This document shows positions 10,602 to 19,330 of a stretch of DNA of 56,418 nucleotides, one piece after another (position 1 is the stretch's first letter; every line of letters starts with the position of its first letter). A program made the translations under genes and the position numbers. This stretch comes from Deltaproteobacteria bacterium. Lineage in GTDB: Bacteria; Desulfobacterota; JAJRXV01. The notes under the pieces are model-generated. The model made no database searches, had not been told where the DNA came from, and worked only from the letters and a program-made list of their open reading frames with translations. The stretch lies in assembly GCA_024276115.1 (NCBI GenBank), contig JAJRXV010000264.1, positions 1 through 56,418 of the forward strand, written 5' to 3'.

Positions 10602-11522
10602 CTACTTTTGATCTAAGCTATCGAGGATATTATCTATTTCGTCAAGCTCTTCTGTCTTGTGTTTGATCTCTATTTCTTTGCCTGGAACGCTTGTACCGCT
10701 TTCCTGCTCATGTAAAAGACCCAGGTCCAAGGCAACACGATCTATTATCTTCTTATCGATAACAGCCGCTTTGACAAGATACCCCTCAAATAGACCATTG
10801 TCACATATAGTGTTGATCAGTCTTGGAATACCGCGCGAATATTGCTGAGTGACCTGAAGCGCCTCTCTGGTAAAGAGCATCTTCTGCGCACCCGCCATCT
10901 TTAAACGGAACTTAACATACTCCTCTGTTGATGTTTCGTCAAAAGATTTTAATGAGTACTTTAAGGCGACCCTTTGGTAAAGCGGCTCATCCATCTTTAA
11001 GTAATCTTCCATATCAGGAAGCCCGAAGAAAACAAATGTCAAAAGCTTTTTCTCAGGTAGCTCAAGGTTTAGCAACCCTCTGAACTCCTCCATTATTTCC
11101 TTGGTCTGCAACATCTGCGCTTCATCGACCAGAACAACCGCCTTTTTATTGTTTTCATGAAGTTCAAGCAAACGTTTGTAGAGTTGACTCAAGAGTTGTA
11201 ATTTATCATTTGTTGGTTCAGTCACACCAAGTTGCATCGCGATTTTTCTAAGTAGCCAGTTCGCGGTTATACCAGTATGGATGATAACAAGTAAGGCCGA
11301 CTCATATTCGTCTTCAGGGAGGTTATCGAGCATTTTTCTAGCAAGCGTTGTCTTGCCTGTTCCAATATCACCGACAAGTAAAGCGAGCCCCTTCATAGAT
11401 TCAACAGCATATTTAAGTCTTATAAGCGCCTCGGAGTGCTGCTTGCTGTTATAATAAAACTTTCCGACCGGTGCGTTTGAGAATGGCTCTTGAATTAATC
11501 CGTAAAAATCTAAATAGCTCAT
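10602..11522 (-). CDS. ExeA/MshM-like AAA+ ATPase (secretin-assembly / MSHA biogenesis type)
   Basis: 306 aa. MSYLDFYGLxxxPF N-terminus, Walker A GDIGTGKTT, Walker B VVLVDEAQ. Lies in a cluster with a secretin and a TPR protein. Confidence 0.85.
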   Translation of the reverse strand: MSYLDFYGLIQEPFSNAPVGKFYYNSKQHSEALIRLKYAVESMKGLALLVGDIGTGKTTLARKMLDNLPEDEYESALLVIIHTGITANWLLRKIAMQLGVTEPTNDKLQLLSQLYKRLLELHENNKKAVVLVDEAQMLQTKEIMEEFRGLLNLELPEKKLLTFVFFGLPDMEDYLKMDEPLYQRVALKYSLKSFDETSTEEYVKFRLKMAGAQKMLFTREALQVTQQYSRGIPRLINTICDNGLFEGYLVKAAVIDKKIIDRVALDLGLLHEQESGTSVPGKEIEIKHKTEELDEIDNILDSLDQK

Positions 11523-11571
11523 ATTACCCCCCTATAGAAATAACTTAAACAACAACAAGTAATTCCCTTAA

Positions 11572-14028
11572 TTATATGTAAGATATCTTATTTTTCTTCT
11601 TAACCTTCTGCTCAACAGTAGTGCTCTTTTCTGAGTTTAATAACATCTGTATTTCCCCTTTTACATTTTTAAACGACGGGTCAATATCTTTTACCATATT
11701 AAAACACTTTAACGCTTCCGCTGGTTTCCCTTTTTCACTGTATGCCTTACCCAGCTCGTACCTGAGTCCAATTTTTTTATCTGAAGGCAAGTCAATATTA
11801 GAAAATATTTTTTCTATATAGCCAATAGCGTCAGCATAGTTTTTCATCTCAAGAGCCACCATCCCAAGCATAGTGTAACACTCTAATATTTTAGATGAAT
11901 CAGCAGAAAATGCTTTTTTAAACTCTTCAATTGAGTCGGCAAGCAATCCCATCTCTTTGTACGCTATTCCAAGGTTATAGTGAGAATCATAATCTTTCAA
12001 GTCTATGTTCTCTTCGATCCCCTTTTTGAACTTTGAAAAGATGTTTTCCGCTTCAACTCTGTCATCTAAAGCTTCCGCGTTCGGGTTAGACGCCAGCCCA
12101 AGAACATCATCAGGTAGCGAAGCTTCTAGCTCCCTTGCGAAATCTATGATCTGATCACCTTCTCGTACCGGGGTCATTGGCTTATTTACATTCCCCGACC
12201 CTATTTCAATTTGCTCAAGTCTATCGACTGCCATCATATTGTATGGATCATCTAAGAGGACTCTCTTATATATATTTTTGGCATCATCAAAAAGCCCCTC
12301 AGCAAAGTAAAATTCTGCCTCTTCAAGAGCTTCTGTAAACTGTTTTTTCGTGGCGCCGCCATTCCCTGCTCTCTGCTGTATTATCTCTGGTGGTTCTTCA
12401 ACAACAAGGTCTATACCTTCAAAGTTCTCAATGTCCGGTATCTCAGACTTGAAATCATCAAATGACTCCGTGGTTTTTGCCCCAGCGTCAGGCATGACTG
12501 TCGCATTTGCTCCCAAGTTTTCAAGCCTCTCCATAGCCTTTGGATTGTCAGGAACGACCTTCAACACTTCTTGCAAAAATTTTATTCCAAGTTGAGTGTT
12601 TTTTTCTACGACAAGGCAGTACTCAGATAAGCTGAAAAGTTCGTCTACAGCCTTTTTTTTCTCGTTTTGAGCTAATAGTAAATCCTTAAGTAATATTCGC
12701 GCGTCTAAATTATTTTTATCCTCATTTAGAACAAAGTCAATGTGTTCTTGTACCTGGTCATACAAACCGTACTTTAAGTATACATTTGCCTCAGTAATAT
12801 GTTCATTTATAACATCTGAATTCGCTTCAGTTGCGTGATCACTAAAAGCGCCAGTAAACAGCTCATGATTGCCACGCTCGAAATAGCTCTTTGCCTTTAC
12901 ATGGTTCGGGTTGATCTGGAGTATCTTCTGATACAAAAAATCAGCTTTTTCAGTTTGACCATTTATCTCATAAGCCCCAGCTAACTGTTCATACACTACA
13001 GACAACTTATCAATATTATTGTAGTATCTATATATTTCAGCTAATTTTTCAAGAATATCTATACTATTTGGCTTCTTTTTCAAAGCTTCGTTATAAAAGT
13101 CCGCCAGCTCAAGTAGCTCACTATTCTCAACAAAATCATTGTAAAAAGGCTCAAGCTCTTTTATTGCCTCATCTACGTTATCCTTGCCTAAAAATATTTT
13201 ACTCAAACCAAACTTAGCTCTATGATTCTTATTATCTTGCCGCAATATATCACAGTAAATAGACTCAGCATCGTTATATTTGTCTAAGACAATATATGTC
13301 TCGGCTAGGATCAGCATCGTTCCTACATCTTTCTGGTCAAGTTTTTGGGCTGCCTGTATCCTTTTCAACCCCTCCTCAGAGTTACCAAGGTGTATATACG
13401 CTCTAGCAATCTCTTTCAGCAAGTACTTATCTTTTGGTTCAATACCAAGAAAATATTCAAGCGTTTTTACCTGCTCCTGAAATGCTTTTTTTTCTTTATA
13501 CTCTTGAGACAGCTCACCGATAATCTCATAGGCGGCACATGGGTCACTATTCTTAAAATGTATTTCCGCCATTTTGATCTTTGCCGCGGAATTGGTAGGG
13601 TCCAGGTCAAGCACCTTCTGCAATACTCTGATCGTTTCTGGGAATTTCCCCTGCTTACCATACATCTTCGCGGCATATTTGTACTGTTGCAGGGCATCAC
13701 CGATGAGCCCCTGCTTTTCAAACAATTCCGCGATATTGATATTTACATCAAGATTGTTTGGATCAATACGCGATACCATTTTGTAGGTCGCTATGGCGCG
13801 ATTGTTGAATCCATCTTTTAGGTATATTGACGCGGCCCTGTTGTACGCGTCTTTAGCCTCTTGTTTTCTGCTCTTTCGCAACAAGAGATCACCCAGTTTA
13901 ATATGAAGAGAGGCCTCATCTTGCTCGACATCAATGATATTCTCAAGCTCTTTAATAGCTTTATCTATCTGACCTCGCTGAATATGCTTTTGTATTAGAT
14001 TTAATGAACTACTTTTACTAAATGCCAA
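11572..14028 (-). CDS. large TPR-repeat protein (MshN-like position in the cluster)
   Basis: 818 aa with TPR units throughout, TTG start after GAAGGTG, and no obvious signal peptide. Confidence 0.8.
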   Translation of the reverse strand: MAFSKSSSLNLIQKHIQRGQIDKAIKELENIIDVEQDEASLHIKLGDLLLRKSRKQEAKDAYNRAASIYLKDGFNNRAIATYKMVSRIDPNNLDVNINIAELFEKQGLIGDALQQYKYAAKMYGKQGKFPETIRVLQKVLDLDPTNSAAKIKMAEIHFKNSDPCAAYEIIGELSQEYKEKKAFQEQVKTLEYFLGIEPKDKYLLKEIARAYIHLGNSEEGLKRIQAAQKLDQKDVGTMLILAETYIVLDKYNDAESIYCDILRQDNKNHRAKFGLSKIFLGKDNVDEAIKELEPFYNDFVENSELLELADFYNEALKKKPNSIDILEKLAEIYRYYNNIDKLSVVYEQLAGAYEINGQTEKADFLYQKILQINPNHVKAKSYFERGNHELFTGAFSDHATEANSDVINEHITEANVYLKYGLYDQVQEHIDFVLNEDKNNLDARILLKDLLLAQNEKKKAVDELFSLSEYCLVVEKNTQLGIKFLQEVLKVVPDNPKAMERLENLGANATVMPDAGAKTTESFDDFKSEIPDIENFEGIDLVVEEPPEIIQQRAGNGGATKKQFTEALEEAEFYFAEGLFDDAKNIYKRVLLDDPYNMMAVDRLEQIEIGSGNVNKPMTPVREGDQIIDFARELEASLPDDVLGLASNPNAEALDDRVEAENIFSKFKKGIEENIDLKDYDSHYNLGIAYKEMGLLADSIEEFKKAFSADSSKILECYTMLGMVALEMKNYADAIGYIEKIFSNIDLPSDKKIGLRYELGKAYSEKGKPAEALKCFNMVKDIDPSFKNVKGEIQMLLNSEKSTTVEQKVKKKNKISYI

Positions 14029-14039
14029 TTTGTCACCTT

Positions 14040-14573
14040 CTATCTCTTTCTTTGTAATTCTAGAATATTTGTATCATTATAATACTCTTTTGTTACAACT
14101 CGTTGAATCCTCTCCAACCTTGCGATGATATCCTTTATTCTCAATGAGTTCACCTCAATAAGCTTCAAGCGATCAATAGTATCTTCATCACCTTTGAATT
14201 TTAAAATCAATGACTCTACCGCAATTAAAACAGATGTCAAAGGGTTGTTGATCTCATGATTCACACTTGCGACTACATCTCGCAGTGTTTTTACTTTTTC
14301 TCCCTCAACAAACTGATCACTATACTCTCGTTTGTCCAACAAAGACCTTATCCGCGCCAGTAACTCCTGCGAATTAAACGGCTTTGTCAAATAATCATCA
14401 ATACCACAGTTTATGCCTTTTATTTTATCCGAAGTCTCGCTCTTCGCTGTTATCATTATTATGGGGATGAATTTTGTCTTATCATTCCCTTTCAAGTGCT
14501 CGGCGACTTTATAGCCATCTATAACATCCATCATAACATCAAGCAACAATATGTCGGGTTTGAAGCTCTTCAC
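14040..14573 (-). CDS. response-regulator receiver + DHp/HisKA-like domain; the N-terminus is cut off by an in-frame TAA (full gene 14040..14720)
   Basis: The track ORF starts at GTG 14573 in the middle of a REC domain (PDILLLDVMMDVIDG, LTKPF). H-box-like NHEINNPLT is followed by two helices only. Confidence 0.8.
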   Translation of the reverse strand: MKSFKPDILLLDVMMDVIDGYKVAEHLKGNDKTKFIPIIMITAKSETSDKIKGINCGIDDYLTKPFNSQELLARIRSLLDKREYSDQFVEGEKVKTLRDVVASVNHEINNPLTSVLIAVESLILKFKGDEDTIDRLKLIEVNSLRIKDIIARLERIQRVVTKEYYNDTNILELQRKR

Positions 14574-14720
14574 CTCCGCGATACCGCTTGCTCCGTCATA
14601 AGCTACCGCGACAATGTAACCATTTGTCTCTAAGAGGTATTTTACATACTTGACTAATGATTTATCATCTTAAATGATCAAAACCCGATGTTGCTTATCG
14701 GTTTTTTCTATCTTTGTCAT
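14574..14720 (-). other. 5' part of the REC-DHp gene: ATG 14720, 16 codons, in-frame TAA (14672-14670), then REC beta1-alpha1
   Basis: Hand translation of the minus strand gives AAGGAAG-N7-ATG MTKIEKTDKQHRVLII-TAA-DDKSLVKYVKYLLETNGYIVAVAYDGASGIAEV, which joins the downstream ORF in frame. It overlaps the secretin 3' end by 26 nt. Confidence 0.75.
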
Positions 14721-16107
14721 AGTATTCTTCCTTATACTGCATCATGTGAGTATTAATGTTGCCATCCTCAATGAGTATCGGCGTTATCAGAATCAACAGT
14801 TTTTCATTTGAGTCTATCTTACTCTCCTGCTTAAACATCCACCCGATAAAAGGTATTTTCGAAAAGAATGGTACCGAATTTGTAACTTCATTGTTAATAT
14901 TTTTATCGAGCCCTCCAATAACCGTGGTCTCACCATTCTTTACCAAAACTGTTGTCTCAGCGTTCTTGTCTATTATTCCGGGTATACCATCAACGACTTT
15001 TGAAAAATCCGCCTCACTCTTCGTAGCGGATATCTTAAGCTCTATCAGGTCACCATAGGATACTTTTGGTGTCACAATAAGATCAACACCGACATTTATC
15101 TGTTCTAGCTCGCTTTCAAGAGAAGTCGTATCGCCAGACGTAACATTCGATGACGTTCGCACTCTATATGTCATACCACTGTGAATCTTCGCGGGCTTAT
15201 TATTGAGTGTAGCTATGTGCGGCTCTGATATTATCTTGATTTTCCCGCTTTTTTCCATAGCGGAAAGCCGTAAATCCAAGTTCACAACATTGTTTATGCT
15301 CCCAAGATTTATACCGACTCCTGAAGTGGAGCCAGAAACTGGCATATTAACCGCGTAAGTCCCGCTACCTGCCCCGCCTGCAATCCCGATACTGTTAGGA
15401 AAACTATACTGAGTGGCGTTACCATAAGCTGAATTCATCACATAACTCCCACCCCACTGCACTCCAAGCTCCTTAGTAAAGTCAGATGTAGTTTCAAGTA
15501 TCCAAGCTTTGATCATTATCTGCTTGGGCTGAGTGTCAAGCTTCCTGATTATCTCTTTAATATTGTCTATTTCTTCTTTATCAACATTAAGGATCAATGA
15601 GTTAGTCCTCTCATCAGCAGAGACACTACTTCCGTCAGGCATTATTTCACTCAAGTTTTCTTTGAGCTCACTTGAGCTCGCGTACCTTAATGTTACTATC
15701 GCGGTAATAGTCTCTATTTTCTTCTCAGCAGACGCTTCTTTTTTCTCCTCTTCTTTAGCCGGTAAGTCTTCCTCTTTTATTATTCTAATTACGCCATCTT
15801 CTTCAATGTACGCGAGCTTATTAGCTTTTAAAATAGTGTTCAACGCGCTTTTTAAAGATATTTTTTCAAAGCTTAATGTCACTTTCGCGTTTATATCCTC
15901 TGATACAATCAGGTTGATATCGTTTTCCTTCGCAATTGCTCTGAGCAAATCTTTTATATCAACATCTCTGCATTCGATCGAAAAAAACGTTTCCCCTTTG
16001 ATATTAAAGGGGGTGAGCTTTTTGTCTCCTGAAGGAATTGTATATCCATTGCCTGCACCGAGAAGCATCATGAAGACAATCAATATAATAAAAGTATTTC
16101 TCTTCAT
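14695..16107 (-). CDS. outer-membrane secretin (MshL / type II-IV pilus secretin family)
   Basis: 470 aa with a signal peptide, secretin N-domains and a C-terminal secretin core (TTVIGGL...VPFFSKIPFIGWMF...EKLLILITP). Confidence 0.9.
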   Translation of the reverse strand: MKRNTFIILIVFMMLLGAGNGYTIPSGDKKLTPFNIKGETFFSIECRDVDIKDLLRAIAKENDINLIVSEDINAKVTLSFEKISLKSALNTILKANKLAYIEEDGVIRIIKEEDLPAKEEEKKEASAEKKIETITAIVTLRYASSSELKENLSEIMPDGSSVSADERTNSLILNVDKEEIDNIKEIIRKLDTQPKQIMIKAWILETTSDFTKELGVQWGGSYVMNSAYGNATQYSFPNSIGIAGGAGSGTYAVNMPVSGSTSGVGINLGSINNVVNLDLRLSAMEKSGKIKIISEPHIATLNNKPAKIHSGMTYRVRTSSNVTSGDTTSLESELEQINVGVDLIVTPKVSYGDLIELKISATKSEADFSKVVDGIPGIIDKNAETTVLVKNGETTVIGGLDKNINNEVTNSVPFFSKIPFIGWMFKQESKIDSNEKLLILITPILIEDGNINTHMMQYKEEYYDKDRKNR

Positions 16108-16626
16108 CTATTTAGTTTCACTCTCTATAGTAAAATCTTTAAGCTCTACTTTGTATTGTTGCCCATTAAAATCAAGTTTGACAAAGTCTTTCTCTATCTT
16201 CAATATTTTTTGCTTATTGACAATACTTCCGACCTTTAAAACCTTCCCATCAATTATCGCGCTTGAGCTTTTCTCACTATATAATATCGCGTTTAATTCA
16301 ACTTTGGGGGGGGTAGGTAATTCAATAAGCTCTACCTCATAAGCTGAATTATTCTTCGGCGACTCGACAGTAGAGACCGGAAATACAAAAGGATCTTTTT
16401 CAGACCAAGGAATATTGCTCAAAAAAGAAATCTCATCCTTGTCATAGTTAATTTCAGACAATGACTCCACCCTGCTGTTATCAAGAGCGAACGAATGTGT
16501 TTTCGTATGCAATATCAACAACGTACACGTAATAGCAATAAGATATATATTAACCATAAGGCGCTTTGTAGTTCCTCGCACAATCAACATATCATTATTG
16601 TAACACATAATCACCAATAGTTGCAA
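16108..16626 (-). CDS. PilP/MshK/GspC-like small pilot or assembly protein (single TM helix or signal anchor)
   Basis: Its stop abuts the secretin ATG. The C-terminal beta-rich segment AIIDGKVLKVGSIVNKQKILKIEKDFVKLDFNGQQYKVEL resembles PilP/MshK-type domains. The start is uncertain, with alternative ATGs at 16590 and 16557. Confidence 0.5.
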   Translation of the reverse strand: MQLLVIMCYNNDMLIVRGTTKRLMVNIYLIAITCTLLILHTKTHSFALDNSRVESLSEINYDKDEISFLSNIPWSEKDPFVFPVSTVESPKNNSAYEVELIELPTPPKVELNAILYSEKSSSAIIDGKVLKVGSIVNKQKILKIEKDFVKLDFNGQQYKVELKDFTIESETK

Positions 16627-16753
16627 TGATTAAAATGATTTGCAACATTTTATTAACCCAAGTTATTTATGTTTGGTTACATTCAAAAAGTAACGAGTTT
16701 TTAGCGCGAGGCGACGACAAGGCCAACACCGTTAAGGTTTAAATGAATATAAG

Positions 16754-16780
16754 TTGACATCACTTTGACATCACTATAAT
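16754..16780 (+). promoter_or_regulatory. candidate sigma70-type promoter with tandem TTGACATCAC repeat
   Basis: TTGACA (16754-16759), 15-nt spacer, TATAAT (16775-16780). The -35 decamer is directly repeated at 16765-16774. It lies about 160 nt upstream of the 16939 ORF. Confidence 0.35.
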
Positions 16781-16938
16781 AATAGTAACAAAAACATACG
16801 GCAATTTCAAATCAAATGAAATAAATAAATAAAAATATGTTAGAAAAGTATTTACTTTTTCCCCTTACCCCTTTACATATAGTTTTTTTTTTGTTAACAT
16901 ACTCTTAGTTTGTAGGAAACACTAATAAAATTCTAAAT

Positions 16939-17298
16939 GTGAATAAATTAATTATGAAAAAATATTGCTACTATTGCCCGACATGCCAAAAAGTTACCCT
17001 TATGACCCTTGTTAAAGAGGATCAAAATAAGAATACCACTTTTTTAAAATGTATAGTCTGCTCTGACACTGAGCAGAGTAAAAACTGCGGGGTGGGACAA
17101 AATGGAGAGGATTTGGGAGACGGCATAAAAGAGTACAGTCCGAAAGCTTCTTATGAAGTCGGTGATATTTTGTTCCATAAAACATTCAACGATACTGGAG
17201 AAGTAGTTAAAATTACTCAAAGATTAAATGGACAGTGTGTAAATACTGTTCTTTTTAAGACCGCGGGACTAAAAAAACTAATAACCATACCAAAATAG
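16939..17298 (+). CDS. zinc-ribbon protein with SH3/KOW-like C-terminal half, function unknown
   Basis: 119 aa with CPTC...CIVC and C-terminal YEVGDILFHKTFNDTGEVVKI. Alternative ATG at 16954. No clear SD sequence. Confidence 0.5.
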   Translation: MNKLIMKKYCYYCPTCQKVTLMTLVKEDQNKNTTFLKCIVCSDTEQSKNCGVGQNGEDLGDGIKEYSPKASYEVGDILFHKTFNDTGEVVKITQRLNGQCVNTVLFKTAGLKKLITIPK

Positions 17299-17324
17299 TG
17301 TTGCAATACTATAAACTATCAGAG

Positions 17325-19166
17325 TCAATCAAAATACATCCGCATGAATTTCTCAAACGTTAATAGTGCGCATATCTGCTCACTATAATCCCTTTTCCCT
17401 GAAAGGTGCGCGTCAAAATATTTCCGGACATTATATAAATTGTAAATACCTCTATCTCTGGTCACTTTCGAAAAAAGTATGTCTTCGGCATAGTCTCTTA
17501 ACTCTCCACGAAGCCATTTGTCAAACATAAGGTAATGTTTGTATCGAGAGAGACGGATTTTAGTGGTTTTTTCTACTTCATGCTTTAGTTTCATCACGTG
17601 CTTACCAAAAAAATGCATGAATGCCGGACAGTTAAAGGGTAGCATAGTCTTTTCACATATCACTCGGTTTAACTCTGGGCGGAGTCGCTTTATTATATTC
17701 AGGTGAACCAGGGAGCGATTGCATTTTAACTCTTCTGGTGTTCTCATCAACAGCTCGATGTAATTGTTATCTAAAAAGGGGTAAGAGATTCTGTAATAAG
17801 GTCTCTTGAGAACAAATCCCGAAGTGATAAATTTCCGGACACGCTCATTCAGGTAAAACATGTTCAACGTCTCTTTGATTGAAAAATCCTCATACCGTTT
17901 AAATGAATACTCAAGAGAATCTTTCGGTCTGTTCACCATAAATTTAAGATAACTCTCATTAAAAAGATTAAACCCATTAGAGAGATTAAATACAGCTGAA
18001 ATATCATGAAATATTTTTTCACGTAGCTCTATCTTTGTCTTACTTGTACGGTTTTTCACACTGTGATAAAATCCCCGAGCGAACTCACCGCCATCACCAA
18101 CTATCATGTGATTCACCCGCGCGGCGATACGTCTATTCGCCGGAAAGCCGCCGGTATGGAAAACATTAAGCATACCATCGGTCATCCTCACCGCTGTTTT
18201 CGCGTGCTCAGCAAGAAAATCTCCTTGATATTTCAAGAACCCATGATCGGTTTTTAATTTTTTTGAGAGTTTAGTCGCTATCTTCTCGTCTATACAGCCA
18301 TCAAGACCATAAGTAAATGTTCGCAAGTGTTCTGCTTTACTTGTTGCCGAAGAAATAATAGCACGGGTATCTAAGCCGGCCGTCAAAAAAAAGCCGGGAT
18401 CACCTATGTCGATACAATCATTAATAGCCTTGTCAAAAGCGTCAGTAAGCGCGTCAAAAATATCATCATCACTACATGTCAGCTTCTCCTTTGGTTCTAA
18501 TGAATTATAATAATTATAGATAACATATTTTTCATCATTCAGGTCATATCTAATAACCGACCCCGGTGAGAGCAGCGTAACACCCTCTATGAGTGTATCC
18601 TCCTGCATAACATAACCAAAAGTAAAGAAATCCGCGCACGCCTTCAAATTGAGCTCTTTTTTTATCCTACCTGTCTCTAATAACGGCTTGACCTCCGCCG
18701 CGAAAAAAAACTCATTACCATTTGCGAAATAGTAAAGCGGGTACAATCCAAGCCTGTCATTCAAAATGAAAAACTGTCTTTTTTTCTTATCATGTATCAA
18801 ACAATTAAAAGAACCTTTGAGTTTTCCAAACGCATCTTCACCATACATACAATAAAGTTGAGATACAACCTCAGCATCAGCGGTTAAGTGGTTAATATCA
18901 CACTCTTTAGAGAATTCATCTACATGCGATAAAAAACCATTAAAAATAACGGATATATCATCGCTCTGATAGGTGAATCTCACAGCCTCGTTCCCTAGTG
19001 AGTTTACATAAACATTCCCAAAAGAGTTACTATTCTTAATATTATCAGTATGTTTTGATTCAATAGAAAACTTATTGAAGTGCTGAAGATAACACATATC
19101 GTCAATCATTCGCCTTAATATCAAATGACTCTCACGACAGTTAATTACTCCAACAATACCAGGCAT
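17325..19166 (-). CDS. asparagine-synthetase (AsnB) family protein lacking the N-terminal Cys nucleophile
   Basis: ATG 19166 lies 6 nt after GGAGA and gives MPGIVGVI, where canonical AsnB has MCGI. The PP-loop position reads LTAGLDTR instead of SGGxDS. The track start at 19208 is less likely. Confidence 0.75.
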   Translation of the reverse strand: MPGIVGVINCRESHLILRRMIDDMCYLQHFNKFSIESKHTDNIKNSNSFGNVYVNSLGNEAVRFTYQSDDISVIFNGFLSHVDEFSKECDINHLTADAEVVSQLYCMYGEDAFGKLKGSFNCLIHDKKKRQFFILNDRLGLYPLYYFANGNEFFFAAEVKPLLETGRIKKELNLKACADFFTFGYVMQEDTLIEGVTLLSPGSVIRYDLNDEKYVIYNYYNSLEPKEKLTCSDDDIFDALTDAFDKAINDCIDIGDPGFFLTAGLDTRAIISSATSKAEHLRTFTYGLDGCIDEKIATKLSKKLKTDHGFLKYQGDFLAEHAKTAVRMTDGMLNVFHTGGFPANRRIAARVNHMIVGDGGEFARGFYHSVKNRTSKTKIELREKIFHDISAVFNLSNGFNLFNESYLKFMVNRPKDSLEYSFKRYEDFSIKETLNMFYLNERVRKFITSGFVLKRPYYRISYPFLDNNYIELLMRTPEELKCNRSLVHLNIIKRLRPELNRVICEKTMLPFNCPAFMHFFGKHVMKLKHEVEKTTKIRLSRYKHYLMFDKWLRGELRDYAEDILFSKVTRDRGIYNLYNVRKYFDAHLSGKRDYSEQICALLTFEKFMRMYFD

Positions 19167-19330
19167 TAATATCTCCAACAACATATTATTTGAGAAAAAT
19201 AAAGCCAATTCAAATTACCACATAGTTGTATATATGTCAAATAAAAAAAAGAATTCGCGTGTTTTCTCAAAAAAACAAAAAAACTTTTGTGGTTCAAGTG
19301 GCAAGTAGGAATATATTAAGGAGAAAATCT

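Noticed and set aside
15533-16342. 269-aa + strand ORF, plus similar long ORFs at 13345..13821, 21761..22441, 27347..27910, 37464..38168, 39878..40291 and 43728..44219
   Set aside because: All lie antisense to or out of frame with strongly supported genes (secretin, TPR protein, EF-G2, mfd, pdxJ, nnr, aroE). They translate to low-complexity Ser/Leu/Arg-rich strings and lack RBS signals, so they are shadow ORFs.
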